In this document: piece by piece, positions 1 through 11,556 of the stretch
How positions within the stretch are numbered: position 1 is the stretch's first letter
How the letters are laid out: each line of letters starts with the position of its first letter
NCBI GenBank assembly: GCA_963828525.1
Contig: CAWHEP010000002.1
Coordinates: 512,001-576,000, forward strand
Direction of reading: 5' to 3'
DNA from: an uncultured Verrucomicrobiae bacterium
Lineage (GTDB): Bacteria; Verrucomicrobiota; Verrucomicrobiia; Chthoniobacterales; Chthoniobacteraceae
DNA length: 64,000 bases
Position numbers and translations under genes: made by a program
The notes under the pieces: model-generated
What the model saw: only the letters and a program-made list of their open reading frames with translations
What the model was told of the DNA's origin: nothing
Databases searched by the model: none

Positions 1-808
1 CCAGCAGCGATTGCACGCTGCGCAAATCCGCCCCCGCGTCCAGCAGATGGGTCGCGAAGGAGTGGCGCAATTTGTGGGGGCTGATCTTAAGCGGGATGCT
101 GGTGTGCCGCAGGTATTTCCGCACCACCGCCCATACTGCAACGGTGGACATGCGGCGCCGGCTCTTATTCAGGAAGAGCGGCCCCGCCGTCACCCCGGCT
201 TCGGAGCGATACCGCTGAATCGCCGCCAAAGCCGGCGCGCCGGCCGGGACCAGGCGCTCTTTGCGGCCTTTGCCGAATACCCGCACTGTCTCGGAGTAGG
301 GGTCGATGTGCGCGACATCCAGGCCGATCAACTCCGACAGCCGCAAGCCGCTCGAGTAGAACAGCTCCAGGATGGCCGCGTCCCGCGCCGCGGCCCAAGC
401 CGGCGAGCGCTTCTCCCGCGGCACGCGCAACGGCGCGGCCAGCAATTCGTCCACCTGACCGGTGGTAAGGACGAGGGGCAGCTTGCGCTCCAACTTGGGA
501 AGCTGGACTTCCTTCAGCGGGTTTTTCGCGAGCCCGTGCCGCTCCGAGAGCCATTTGTAAAAGGTGCGCAACGCGGCGAAGTGCAGGCGAATGGTGGGCC
601 GTGCCGCGCCTCCCCGCATCAATTGAAAAAGATGCTGCCGAAAATGATCCGCGGTGCATTCCTTCCAGGGCGGAAGGCTGGCCCCGGCGCGAAAGGAGGC
701 GAGGGCGTGGCGGTAGTTCAGCAGGGTGCGCGGCGAAGCATGGCGCTCGAACTCCAGCGTGTCGAAAAACGATTCTTGGAGCCGGTCGCGTTTTTGCGGA
801 GCGGCCAT
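1..808 (-). CDS. xerC: Tyrosine recombinase XerC (3' end runs off the window)
   Basis: Manual translation from ATG at 808 gives MAAPQKRDRLQESFFDTLEFERHASPRTLLNYRHAL, a XerC/D-type N-terminus. The +11..814 ORF is its antisense shadow. Confidence 0.85.
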   Translation of the reverse strand, partial: MAAPQKRDRLQESFFDTLEFERHASPRTLLNYRHALASFRAGASLPPWKECTADHFRQHLFQLMRGGAARPTIRLHFAALRTFYKWLSERHGLAKNPLKEVQLPKLERKLPLVLTTGQVDELLAAPLRVPREKRSPAWAAARDAAILELFYSSGLRLSELIGLDVAHIDPYSETVRVFGKGRKERLVPAGAPALAAIQRYRSEAGVTAGPLFLNKSRRRMSTVAVWAVVRKYLRHTSIPLKISPHKLRHSFATHLLDAGADLRSVQSLL

Positions 809-856
809 GGCTAACGCGCGGCCCTTCCCAGTACCGCGCCGTCCCGAAAACGCCTT

Positions 857-2122
857 TTACCGCTGCCCCATGGGCGTGCCAAGGTGCGCGGGCTGCGCAG
901 TCGAGCCCACTTCGCCGCGGCGGGCGGTGGCCCGTTCGAACCGCAGCGAGGCGGAGCGCTGCTCCACGCCGTCCGGCGATTGGGCCACGATGGGAATGTC
1001 GTAATTGCCATCCGGGAAACGGAAGTGGTACCGGAAGGAGCCGTCCGGCGCGAGGGCGATCTCTTTGCCATCGATCCAGACCTTCGCGTCCGGGTGGGTG
1101 CCGCCGTAGAAGATGACTTCGGCATTCACATGCATGAAAAATTCCCGGCCGCTCTGGCCGAAAGGCTGCGCGCTCCAACTCGAGCCCAGCGCCGATGACC
1201 AGCTGGTCACTTCCGAAGAACCCAACTGTCCCGGCGAAGGCGCTGAACAAGCTGCTCTCGCCGAGCCCAAGCGAGGCTTTTGGCGACCAGTTCGCTGGCG
1301 CTTTCGGTGGAAAGCTTTTCCAGCAACTCCTGGCGCAGGAGCTGGTCGATCTCCGCCGAGCCCATGCCGAGGCGTTCCACGATCTCCGCGCCGAAAAATG
1401 CGGCGAGCACCTGGCGCTGCTCCTCCGTCCACTCCGGCGTGCGGCCGGTCTGGAAGGCCAGCTTGCGGCCCTCCCCTTGCAGGCGGGAGAGCGCCATGAT
1501 GAGGCTTTCGCCTTCGATCATGTTTCCCTGCACCATCTCCATCATGCGCTGGAAGGTGAGGTGGATCGGCACGGTCGCAAACGAGGCGTCCGAGGAATCC
1601 GAAAACTTGTCCTGCGGGGCCGTGGCCTCCGGGCGAGCGGGCCACGCTGGCCCAGTCGCCGCCCGCGGCGTAAGTAGCCGAGCTCCGCGAAATAAGTTTC
1701 GCCCGGCTCCTTGACCGGGAGATACCAGTTCCGCGCATCCAGATGGACTTCGGTGGTGAATTCCTCCGCGCCGCCAGCCGGTGAAGACCTTCAGGAAAAA
1801 CTTGCCGTCGGGAGCGAGCGCCGGAGTCGTCGCGCCTTCGATATCCCAGTAAGAAAAAAGCCAGTGCGGGTCGCGCGCCACCAGGTAAAGGGTGTTCGAG
1901 CCGTAGGATTGCGGCAGCTCGCCGAGGTTCTCAAAGGCGGGCTCCTCATGGGGCGGAGCGGCGTCCGGTGCATGCTCGCGGGAGGACTCGTACTTATGCA
2001 CTGCTGGATCTTCCGGCAGGGATCTCGACCGGCAGTTCCTTGGAAATCTGGAACGCGCCGTTTTTCTTGGGTTTGGAGTCGCCCAAATCATTTAAATTTT
2101 TCCCTGGATTCGATTTTCCCAT
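857..2122 (-). CDS. DUF4912 domain protein (frameshifted)
   Basis: ELPQSYGSNTLYLVARDPHWLFSYWD and C-terminal EVIFYGGTHPDAKVWIDGKEIALAPDGSFRYHF; split over several frames. Confidence 0.8.
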
Positions 2123-2274
2123 AGTGTTTCCTTCTGCCGAAATGTTCGCGTTCAGCGCGAGCGCCTTTTCAGGCAGACTGCGGGCTGAGTCAATCAAATT
2201 ATCCGGATCGCCTGCGCGAATTTTGACCGGTTTGTCGCCCATGCGCCCCTCCTCCTTTACCAATTTGTAACCGA

Positions 2275-3055
2275 ATGTTAATCAAACGTGTCATCCCCTG
2301 CCTCGATGTCCATGACGGCAAGGTGACCCGCGGCGTGCAATTTGGCCGTGCCGAAGCGGGCGGTCTGCGCAATGTCGGCGACCCGGTGGAACTCGCGCTC
2401 CGCTATGACCGGCAGGGAGCGGACGAGATGGTTTTCTTCGATATCACCGCCAGCGCCCACGGCCGGGCCAGCATGGTGGAGGTGATCGAGCGCACGGCGG
2501 ACCAATGCTTCATGCCGCTCACCGTCGGGGGCGGCATCCGCACCGTGGAGGATATGTACACGATGCTGAAGGCCGGGGCGGACAAGACGAGCATCAACTC
2601 CTCCGCCTTGGCCACGCCCGAGCTTGATCCGGGCGGGAGCCGAGCGCTTTGGAAACCAATGCATCGTGGTCTCGATCGATTGCCAGCGGGTGAGCCCCGG
2701 CCGCTGGGAGGTGTTTTCCCATGGGGGGCGAAAGGCGACCGGGCTGGAAGCCGTCGAGTGGGCGCTGCGGGCCGAAGCGCTGGGCGCGGGCGAGATCGTG
2801 CTGAACTCCATCGACGCCGACGGCACGAAGGCGGGGTTCGATCTTGAGATCACACGGCGGGTCAGCGAGGCGGTCGGCATTCCCGTGGTGGCGAGCGGCG
2901 GAGCGGGCAAGCTGGAGCACCTGGCCGAGGTGCTGCAGGAGGGAAAGGCGGATGCGGTGCTCGCGGCCAGCATCTTCCATTTCGGCGAATACACGGTGGG
3001 CGATGTGAAGCGCCACCTGGCCGCCGCGGGAATCCCGGTGCGGCTTACGGATTGA
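2275..3055 (+). CDS. hisF: Imidazole glycerol phosphate synthase cyclase subunit (one frameshift near 2625)
   Basis: [56 protein letters not shown]. Confidence 0.95.
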
Positions 3056-3519
3056 CCGGCTGGGCGGCCGCAGGAGGAGGTTCCGCCGGCATTTGCGCGG
3101 GGGCGATTCCTCGGAGGCGCTCGAATTCCTTCTCGATCCGGCCCATCTCCTCGTCGGAGAGTTTCTCCAGGCTCATCATTTCATTCCGCGCGCTGTGCAT
3201 GGCGCGGATGAGCTCATCCAGCTTCAGGTGGATGGCCTTGGCATCCCGATTCTGCATGTTCTGGATGAGGAACACCATGAGGAAGGTGGCGAGATTGGTG
3301 ATGGTATTGATCACCATCTGCCAACTGTTGAACCCGTCCGGAAGTTTGCGTGAAAAGAGGATAGCTGGCCGCCCAGAGCACGCAAATGAGGGTTGCGATG
3401 ATGAAGGCCCAGGCGGAACCGGTAACTTCCGCAGTCCACATGGCGAACTTGCGGAAGCCGTCGCGGATCCGGCAGCGCAAGCCGCGCGCCTGGGGAGGAA
3501 CATCCGGGCAAGATTCCAT
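3045..3519 (-). CDS. Low-affinity iron permease family protein (frameshifted)
   Basis: GSAWAFIIA and [41 protein letters not shown]. Confidence 0.85.
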
Positions 3520-3571
3520 GGGTCACCAAAGTATCGGAGGCAGAGAGAGGGCTGCGCTTGCCGCGGCCCGC

Positions 3572-4320
3572 TCAGAGCGGGATCGAGAGCAGCCGCCCGG
3601 AGAGAATGGCGTGGGCGTGAGTGAAGACCGCCTCCCGCGCAAAGGCGGACAGGAAACCGGGGCCACGGATGTTCGATCCCGCCGACCAGCGGGAGAAGGC
3701 GGGCAGGACCAGGATGTTCGGGCCGCTCAGGAAACAGGGGCATTTCACACTCGTGGCAATCCGGTCGTGCAGGCTGATGGCCGGATGCTCGTGGCCCATG
3801 ATGAGCCAGCCGCCCGCTTCCTCCAGCCGGGCGCGGATGCGGCCGGCGGCGGCGCTCTCCTTTTCCTCGCCGTGCAGGAGGAGATGCGGGCCGATCGCGA
3901 CTTCCGGCTCCAGGCGGATCCCCGCCAGCCCGGCGTTGCGCAGCAGGGTTTGCAAATCCCGGTCGTGATTTCCCGCGATCCAGCGGAGCGTGACGCCAGC
4001 CAGCCGCGCCACCATCGCCTCCAGCTCGGCACGCAATGCCGGCACCGGGACGGCGCGGTGGACGATATCCCCGAGCAGCACCAACTGCAGCGGCTCATAT
4101 TCCAGCACCAGGGCGGCGAGGCGGTCGATCGTGTCGTCCGGGGCGGAGAGCGGAAGCATCTGCCCCGCGTGCCGGTGAGCCCAGACGTAGCCGAGATGCA
4201 AATCCGCCGCCACCAGCGTGCGGGCAGCAGGAATCCAAAGGACATGCCGTGCGTCCAGGCATAGGCCGGCGGGGAGAAGTTCGTGAGTGCGGTGCGCTGC
4301 GGCGGCGGTTTCGATGCGGC
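3572..4320 (-). CDS. pdeM: Metallophosphoesterase/endonuclease of the Lhr-associated PdeM/MPE type (start approximate)
   Basis: Motifs ADLHLG, LGDIVH, GNHD, LHG, GHEHP, LPAFS. Confidence 0.8.
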
Positions 4321-4426
4321 AAGTTTACGGAGCCCGGCACAACTCTCAACTGCGGTTTCTTCGGCGGATGCAGGACCCCCTTGCCGTAACCGGGCTTAGC
4401 TGATACGCAGAAATCCACTCACCGAT

Positions 4427-6313
4427 ATGACCCATCTCTTGACCCCCGAAATACTTGAGTCCCGCATTGCGCCCGCCGTCCTGATGGTTACCAGTTCTAC
4501 TGATAGCGCCGGCGCCACAGCCGGCGACGGTACGCTGCGTGGGGAAATCCTGGCGGCGAACGCTCATCCCGGAGCGGACGTCATTCACTTCGGCACGGCA
4601 GTCAAGACGATTACCCTTACGGCTGGAGAGCTCGATATCACCGGCACCCTGCTCATTGATGGACCCGGCCTCAGCAATTTGACCGTTACCGGCGACGGCT
4701 CCCACCGCATCTTCAATATCTCCGGCAGCGACAAGGGGCTTCCCACTATCCTCAAAGGCATGACTTTGACCGGCGGGGCAGCGAATGCGGCTTCTCCCGG
4801 GGACACGGGAGGCGCCGTCCTAACCTCCGCTTCTCTCGCCATCGACAATTGCCTGCTGGAAGACAATTCCGCCGTGAACGGCGGCGCCATTGGCGCGCAT
4901 GACCTGCATGGCTCGCTCACCCTGAACGGCACCGAACTAAGTGCCAACCAAGCCTCCGGGGATGGCGGCGGGCTCTTTCTGGTGCACATCTCCGGGCCAG
5001 TCACGATCAAGAATTCGACTCTGGACGGTAATGCCGCCGCCACGCACGGAGGGGGAATGTTCCTGCAGGACTTGGCGGCTCCGCTGTTGATCTCGGGTTC
5101 TTCCATTAACAAAAATTCCGTTACCACGACGTCAAATACTTTGACCCCGCCTGGCGAAGGCGGCGGGGCGTATGTCGAGTCCAACGACAGCTTGATCCAC
5201 ATTGTAAACAGCGGCTTCTCCGCTAATACGGCCAAGAATCGAGGGGGCGGAGCCTATCTTTCGGTCGAGGGGAAAAAGGGTTCCATCGTCATCAGCGGGT
5301 CGAGCTTCAACGACAACAAGACCAACAACGACACTACGGACAGCGCGGGGGGGCTTTACCTTTCCGCAACCGGCGGCGCGAAAACTTCGCTCATCTCTAA
5401 GACCTCCATCCTCAAGAACACCTCGCTCGGTTCCGCAGGGGGAGTGGAATTGCAGGCCGGCGCTCTCTCGTTGAACGGCGTGACGATCGGGCAAAATACC
5501 GCGGCGGAAGCCGGCGGTGGTATCACCGTCGATGGCCCCCTAAGCATGGTTTCCAGCTCCGTGGTGGGGAATACCACTTCCAGCACCGTCGGGGGTGGCG
5601 GCATCGCCATCTTGAGCAGCCCTGCCGTCACGATCAAATCCTCGCAAATCCTGGGTAATTCCACGACCGGCTCGGGAAGCCTCGGCGGCGGCATTTTGGA
5701 TTCCAGCCTGAACGGGATACTGGCCATCGGTTCGTCGCGTATCAGCAAGAACTCGTCGGAGGCCGGCGGCGGGGGCATCAACGTGGATGGCAGCCAAATG
5801 GGAGACGTGCATCTCATCATCTCCGGCAGCACTATCTCGGCAAATCAGGCCGGCGGCAGTGGCGGAGGGCTGGCCACGTCCGGCAAGCTTTCCATCGTCC
5901 TCACGGGCGATTTGTTCGAGACCAATTCGGTCAGTTCGGGAACGGGCGGCGGCGCCAGCCTGTTGACCTCCTCATCCATCCACATCAGTAAGACATCATT
6001 TGCCGCCAATACTTCGCACAGTGTAGGCGGTTTGTATGTGAATGGCACGAGCACGGCGAAACTCACCATCAGCGGGGGCCACTTCACTCAGAATGAAGGC
6101 GGCACCATTGGAGGGCTGGATATCAGCGGCTCTGTGGGCGGGTTGGTGAAATCGGTGTCCATTACGGATAACGTCAGCGATGGGGACCTGTTTGGCGCCG
6201 GGGGAATCTATGCAGGGGTAAACATTACGGTGCTGGCCAGCACCATCTCGGGCAACATCAACATCGGATACGCGACCAAGGGAAACAGCTACGGTGATTT
6301 CAAAACCTCCTGA
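4427..6313 (+). CDS. Large Gly/Ser-rich beta-helix surface protein with N-terminal LEPR-XLL-like motif and Pmp-like GGAI repeats
   Basis: Intact 628-aa ORF; LESRIAPA, GTLRGEILAANA, many N-x-A-x(2-3)-GG[AG] repeats. Confidence 0.8.
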   Translation: MTHLLTPEILESRIAPAVLMVTSSTDSAGATAGDGTLRGEILAANAHPGADVIHFGTAVKTITLTAGELDITGTLLIDGPGLSNLTVTGDGSHRIFNISGSDKGLPTILKGMTLTGGAANAASPGDTGGAVLTSASLAIDNCLLEDNSAVNGGAIGAHDLHGSLTLNGTELSANQASGDGGGLFLVHISGPVTIKNSTLDGNAAATHGGGMFLQDLAAPLLISGSSINKNSVTTTSNTLTPPGEGGGAYVESNDSLIHIVNSGFSANTAKNRGGGAYLSVEGKKGSIVISGSSFNDNKTNNDTTDSAGGLYLSATGGAKTSLISKTSILKNTSLGSAGGVELQAGALSLNGVTIGQNTAAEAGGGITVDGPLSMVSSSVVGNTTSSTVGGGGIAILSSPAVTIKSSQILGNSTTGSGSLGGGILDSSLNGILAIGSSRISKNSSEAGGGGINVDGSQMGDVHLIISGSTISANQAGGSGGGLATSGKLSIVLTGDLFETNSVSSGTGGGASLLTSSSIHISKTSFAANTSHSVGGLYVNGTSTAKLTISGGHFTQNEGGTIGGLDISGSVGGLVKSVSITDNVSDGDLFGAGGIYAGVNITVLASTISGNINIGYATKGNSYGDFKTS

Positions 6314-6341
6314 GCCTCTTCCGAGGAGATGAAGCAGCGCT

Positions 6342-7301
6342 TTAGATTTCCGCGGCGTTCACGATCCACCCGGTGCTCGCCGGCAAGTCGGTATCTCCGT
6401 AGATAGCCGCGCCTGCAGCGGGGATCGGACACCAGCCTGCGGCCCGCAGGGATTGAAGCTCCTGCGGGCCCGCGCAAAATCTGAGCGCGTGGCAGGAAAG
6501 GCTCGCTGCGATCGCAACGGCGTGGCCGATCAACTCCCGGGCATGGGCGGCGTTGCTGAACGCCAGGCAGGAGAGGAACGCGGGCCGCAGTTCACCCTCA
6601 GGCGAGACGAGACGAAGAACGGCGCGCCGGTCCTCCAGGCGCGCGCAGGCCGTTCCCCGCGGATGCACCAGCCATTGCGGCGGCAGGCTGGAGCGCTCCT
6701 TTCCACCGCTCGGGGTGAAGTGCCAGCAGCCGGAGGAAAGCTTTTCGTAAACCGCGTGGCCGGTTTCCTCTGGGGCAAGGAAAGGAGAGTCCGGCAGCGG
6801 CCCGGGTCGGGGGACAACCGGAATCCGGATGATCGCGAGCTTGCTCAGCTCGCGCTGTTTTGGAATGCCCAGCCGGCCCGAGTAGTCCGACGGCTTCGTG
6901 GCCGTGGCTTCATTCGCAATGCAAAAGGATTGCGCCGCCCGTGCTTTGGCCCATGCGGCCGCCCGCTGCAGGAGGCGCGCGGCCACCGTCCCCCGGCGGA
7001 CCTCCGGCAGCAACCGCACCTCCGTGTAGTAAACCGCCGGCCGGCACTCACCGCCCGGATCGCGCAATTCCCGCAACGCCATCTCCAGGGTTCCGGCGAT
7101 CTGGCCGTCGCGTTCTGCGGCCAGCAGGCACCAGCCGGTGCCAAGAGACCGCACAAAGGCGGAGCGATCGCTTCCATAGTCGATGCGGAAGTAGCGCTCA
7201 CCGGGCAAAGCGTAGAGGAACTTGGATTCGTACACCGCCAGCGCGCGCTGCATTTCCGGGGTGGGAATGTCCGTGATCTCGTGAATCGGCATGCCGGGCA
7301 A
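6342..7301 (-). CDS. GNAT-fold N-acetyltransferase-like protein
   Basis: Intact 319-aa ORF directly after lhr; YYTEVRLLPEVRRGTVA resembles GNAT motif A. Confidence 0.6.
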   Translation of the reverse strand: MPGMPIHEITDIPTPEMQRALAVYESKFLYALPGERYFRIDYGSDRSAFVRSLGTGWCLLAAERDGQIAGTLEMALRELRDPGGECRPAVYYTEVRLLPEVRRGTVAARLLQRAAAWAKARAAQSFCIANEATATKPSDYSGRLGIPKQRELSKLAIIRIPVVPRPGPLPDSPFLAPEETGHAVYEKLSSGCWHFTPSGGKERSSLPPQWLVHPRGTACARLEDRRAVLRLVSPEGELRPAFLSCLAFSNAAHARELIGHAVAIAASLSCHALRFCAGPQELQSLRAAGWCPIPAAGAAIYGDTDLPASTGWIVNAAEI

Positions 7302-7304
7302 ATT

Positions 7305-9894
7305 CTAGACCGCCGCCTCCGCCGCGTTCAATTCACTCCACCACAAGTGGAAGAGGCGCTCCATGGTATCCGTGGGGTCTTCCACGAGCAGGGCTTCCTT
7401 GATCTTGGTGGCGTACATGGCGAAGGAAAGCGGCGGCACGTGCGCCACTTGCCGGAGGTGGAGCGGCCAGCCCGCGCGCTCCAGGCACTCCGTATATTCC
7501 AGCGCGCCCTCGGCATCCAGGAAACCGCCCGCGGCCGTGTCCTGCCGGGCGGTGCGGAGCAGCACATGCTCCGGTTCATACTTTTGCAGCACATTGAAGA
7601 TGACCTCGGTGGACCATTGCAGCTTTCGCAGCGGTTTCCGCTCGGAGAAATAATTCCGGTAAACCATGAGGCCGGTCTGGGCGGCATTGCGGAAGTGGTA
7701 TTTCAGCATCTCGGAGCTCTCCAGCGCCGCGCGAAAGTCATCCATGAGGCCCTCCGGGGACAGGATCTGCCGCAGTTCCGCGACATCGAAAAACTGGTGC
7801 TCGCCCACCGTTAGCACAAAACCGTAGTCGTGCGGCGTGCTCACGGCATTGCCGCCGCGAAGTTCGCTGAGCCGCCGCGCCACCACCCGCGAGAGCGCGT
7901 CGTTGGCCGCCCGGCCGATGAGGGAATGAAAAAAGTAGTGGCGCGGCCGCGCGGCGGCGGATTTCTCGTTGGGGTCCTCCAGCAGTTCCTCGATGAGCAG
8001 CATCCCCGTGACGGGGATTTCGGAAAGCCGATGCTGCGCCTCGAACATGGCGTGGATAACTCCGGCGTTCGCAGCGCCGCAGTCGAGCCGCGTGGCGATC
8101 CATTCCTTGATGGCGCCGTCATCGTTTTCCAGGCGGGTCCGCACCTCGCCGCGGAAGCGCATGATCTCCTCCGCCACGCCGGCGGAAAGCGGCATCTTCG
8201 CGGCATTCCAGCGCGGGATGGTAGGGAGAGCGCCATCCGCCCGCGCCACGAAAGCCTGCATCTGGCCGGTGCGCTCCAGCCGCACGGGGCGGCCGGACAT
8301 CACGAAGACGTCGCCGATCTTCAGCATGCGCATGAAGCTTTCCTCCACCGAGCCGAGCACCCGGTTCTTCAGGCGCACCTGCACCACGCCCGTTTCGGGA
8401 ATGACGCCGACGTTCTGCAAAAACTCGCGCTGCACGCGGCCCGCCCGGGTCTGGAAACTATCGTCGTCCAGCTCGATCTTGCCGAAGACATCCGCGTATT
8501 GCTGGCGGAGCGATTCGCCGCCGCCGGCCAGGTAATCGAGCACGTCATTGAAGTCGCGCGCGGGTGAGATCGCGGTAGGGGTAGGCCCCGCGAACCAGTG
8601 CGAAAGCTTCCTCGCGGTCCCAGCGGCGCTCGCAGCCCATGCTCACGAGGTGCTGCGCCAGGATATCGAGCGGCGCGTGCGGGATGCGCACGGAATCGAG
8701 CCGGCGCCCTCGGGCCAGGAGCACCGTGGCGCAGGCCTCCACGAGATCGTTTACATTCGTGGCCATGAGCACGCCGTGGCTGATGGTGTGCACATTATGC
8801 CCGGCGCGCCCGGTGCGCTGCAGGGCGCGGCTCACCCCCTTCGGCGTGGCCAGCATCACCACTAGGTCCACCGAGCCGATATCGATGCCCAGCTCCAGGC
8901 TGGTGGAGCAGACGACCGCGCGCAATTCGCCGCGCTTGAGCCGATCCTCCACCTCCTGGCGCAGGTCGCGGTCCAGCGAAGCGTGGTGGCATTCGATCTG
9001 CCCGGCCAGCTCCGGGTGCGCCTCGCGCAGCCAGAAGGTGGAGGCCTCGGCGCCGGAGCGGGTATTGGTGAAGACGAGCGTGGTGCGGTGCGCCTGCACG
9101 AGCTGGCCCAGCTCGCGGATGAGCCGCTGGCCCGTGTAGCCGGCTTCCGGGTAGGGATTCTTGCGCAACGGCGTGTGGACGCGCAGATGCACTTTTTTCG
9201 CCGTGGTCACATCGATGAGCTCGCACTGCCCATGCGTGCCGGTGAGGAATTTCCCCACCTCCGCCAGCGGCGCGACGGTCGCGGAAAGGCCGATCCGCTG
9301 CAGCTCGCGGCCGCCGTGCGTCTCGCGCACCAGCGCGGCGAGCCGCTCCATGCTCAGGGTGAGATGCACGCCGCGCTTCCCCTCGGCCAGTGCGTGGATT
9401 TCATCCACGATGACCCAGCGGACGGTGCTCAGGTTCGGCAGCCAGCGCGGCTGGCTCAGCAGCACGCAGAGCGTCTCCGGCGTGGTGAGCAGGATGTGCG
9501 GCGGCCGGTCGCGCTGCCGGGCCTTCACGGCGCCCGTCGTGTCGCCCGTGCGCATCCCGACCCGGATAGGCGCGGCGTCGATGCTCCCGTAGATCTCCCG
9601 CAGCGGCGCCTGGAGGTTCTTCTCCAGGTCATACGCGAGCGCGCGCAACGGGCTGATGTAGAGGCATTGCACCGAGTCCGGCAGAGGCGGCGGCGCGGCG
9701 GCCAGTTGGTCCAGCACCGCCAGGAAAGCGGCCAGCGTCTTGCCCGTGCCCGTAGGGGAGGCGATAAGAACGCTCTTGCCCCCGGAGATGAGGGGCCACG
9801 CCTCCTTCTGGGCGGGCGTGGGCGTGCCGTAGGTGCGGGCGAACCAGCCGTGAACGAGCGACGAAGCGGGCGGGGCGCTGCTTTTCCGGGCCAC
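7305..9894 (-). CDS. lhr: Lhr-core DEAD/DEAH-box ATP-dependent helicase (frameshift near 8545)
   Basis: SPTGTGKT, ISPLRAL, TTPE, DEIH, GLSAT, HHASL, TSLELGIDIG, QRTGRAGH. Confidence 0.9.
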
Positions 9895-10019
9895 GGCTTT
9901 AACTTCCCCGGTATACGGTTCCGCTCTTTTTTAAGCAAAGTCCGGCATCACCGTGCATGGCGGCCAGCATCCGCCATCTCCACCCAAGCCGTCAAATCCC
10001 GGGACGGCCCCGGGAAAGT

Positions 10020-10799
10020 CTAATGATCTACCTTATGCAGCCGGTACACTGTCGTCTCGGTGCTCGCGGGCGTGCTCCCGTTGTTCGTGGTCACGGTAAA
10101 GGTCACGGTCTTGCCTTTGATGGTGAAAGGAACGGAGGTTCCATCCAGGAGCAACATGCCGGCATCCGCGAATCCGCCCGCGTCGACTGAGCCGTTTGGC
10201 TGGGTGATGGTGCTAATGCCCCCGGTCGGGGTGATCCGGGCGACGATGCTCTCGGTATGAAGCGAGGCGATATTCTGCGAAGGCACGGAAGTCGTGATCT
10301 TGACCGACCCGGTATAGCGGCCCGGCGCCGAAAAGCTGCCGGTGCTGACAATGACGTTATCGATGATCGTGGTGCCGTAGTCTGCGCCAAACGTGAGTTG
10401 GGTGGTGCCGCTGACCGCCACGAAGGTGCTTCGATGTGTGGTAAAAGTGGAAGAGCTTGGAATCGAACCGTTGTAAATCGTCGTATTTGATCCCGTCACC
10501 GACACGTAAGATTCAAAGGTCTGATTGCTGATGCCGTCGTATTGCAACACGTAAGAGACACCGGGTGTGGTCTCAAAAGTCTGGGACAGCGTCCCGTAAT
10601 TATTGGAACTTGGATCCAAATTTGCCGCATAAGCACCCTCCACTTCCCCCGTGCCGGAATCAATCGCGGTGCTTCCCTGGACCGCCCAGCCGTTGAGGTT
10701 ACCGGTTTCGAAGTCGCCGTTGGTGATGAGATTATCGGCTTTTAAAAGAGGGGAGGAGAAGGCGAGCAGCAAGCCAGCCAAAATCAGGAGAGATTTCAT
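10020..10799 (-). CDS. Secreted protein with DUF642/CBM-like jelly-roll domain
   Basis: Signal peptide, then NLITNGDFETG...LSQTFETTPGVSYVLQY...IIDNVIV. Confidence 0.7.
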   Translation of the reverse strand: MKSLLILAGLLLAFSSPLLKADNLITNGDFETGNLNGWAVQGSTAIDSGTGEVEGAYAANLDPSSNNYGTLSQTFETTPGVSYVLQYDGISNQTFESYVSVTGSNTTIYNGSIPSSSTFTTHRSTFVAVSGTTQLTFGADYGTTIIDNVIVSTGSFSAPGRYTGSVKITTSVPSQNIASLHTESIVARITPTGGISTITQPNGSVDAGGFADAGMLLLDGTSVPFTIKGKTVTFTVTTNNGSTPASTETTVYRLHKVDH

Positions 10800-10870
10800 G
10801 ATGGAGCACAGCTAAGTAGCAGCTTGTACGCCATCTCCCGGTTACGGGATGGCTGCCCTTGAGCCCCGGG

Positions 10871-11308
10871 CTATGCGGCCGCGGCGGCCGGCAGCTCCGA
10901 GGTGCACTGCGGGCAGCGGCGCGCGTTGAGCGGGATGGTCATCGTGCAGAAAGGGCAATCCTTGGCCACGGGCGCCGCGACCGTGTCGGGCTTCTTTAGC
11001 CTGGAGAGCAGGCGGATGAGCATGAAGATGGCAAACGAGACGATCAGGAAATTGATGAGCGCCGTGAGGAAGACGCCGTAGGTCAGCATGACGGCCGGGG
11101 CTTTGGTGGCGGGGTCGGCGGCCCGCAGGACGAAGAACTTGTCCGAGAAATTTAGCCCTCCGGTCAGCAGCGTCATGGGAGGGGTGATGAGGTCCTTCAC
11201 GAGGGAATTGACCACCCCCGTAAAGGCCGCGCCGATGACCACACCCACCGCCAGGTCGATCGCGTTTCCTTTTACGGCGAAGGCCTTGAATTCTTTCCAC
11301 ATGTTCAT
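10871..11308 (-). CDS. mscL: Large-conductance mechanosensitive channel
   Basis: MWKEFKAFAVKGNAIDLAVGVVIGAAF; C-terminal CPFC...CPQC tail. Confidence 0.95.
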   Translation of the reverse strand: MNMWKEFKAFAVKGNAIDLAVGVVIGAAFTGVVNSLVKDLITPPMTLLTGGLNFSDKFFVLRAADPATKAPAVMLTYGVFLTALINFLIVSFAIFMLIRLLSRLKKPDTVAAPVAKDCPFCTMTIPLNARRCPQCTSELPAAAAA

Positions 11309-11556
11309 GCCCGCTTGTACATCTTTCTTCACGATGGAGGCAAGAGCGGCGAATGAGAGGGTGTTTCAGGCATCATTTCAGTCTATTTAGGCCATGGGAG
11401 AGGAGTGCGCGTACCGGGTTTCCCGCCACTGCCGGGAATGTCCCGGCGCAGCCCGGGCCGAAAACTTTGGACAAGGGAGGCCATCCCTGCAAATTTACCC
11501 TCCCGTTTTTCCCGGCCCGGCCCCCTGGCCCCGGAGGGCGGCTCCATCCATTTCCC

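Noticed and set aside
1..808. Tyrosine recombinase as a phage or integron integrase
   Set aside because: It is XerC-like in a housekeeping context, with no att sites, cassettes or phage genes visible.
11..814. Plus-strand 267-aa ORF and many other long antisense ORFs
   Set aside because: These are shadows of genuine opposite-strand genes in high-GC DNA.
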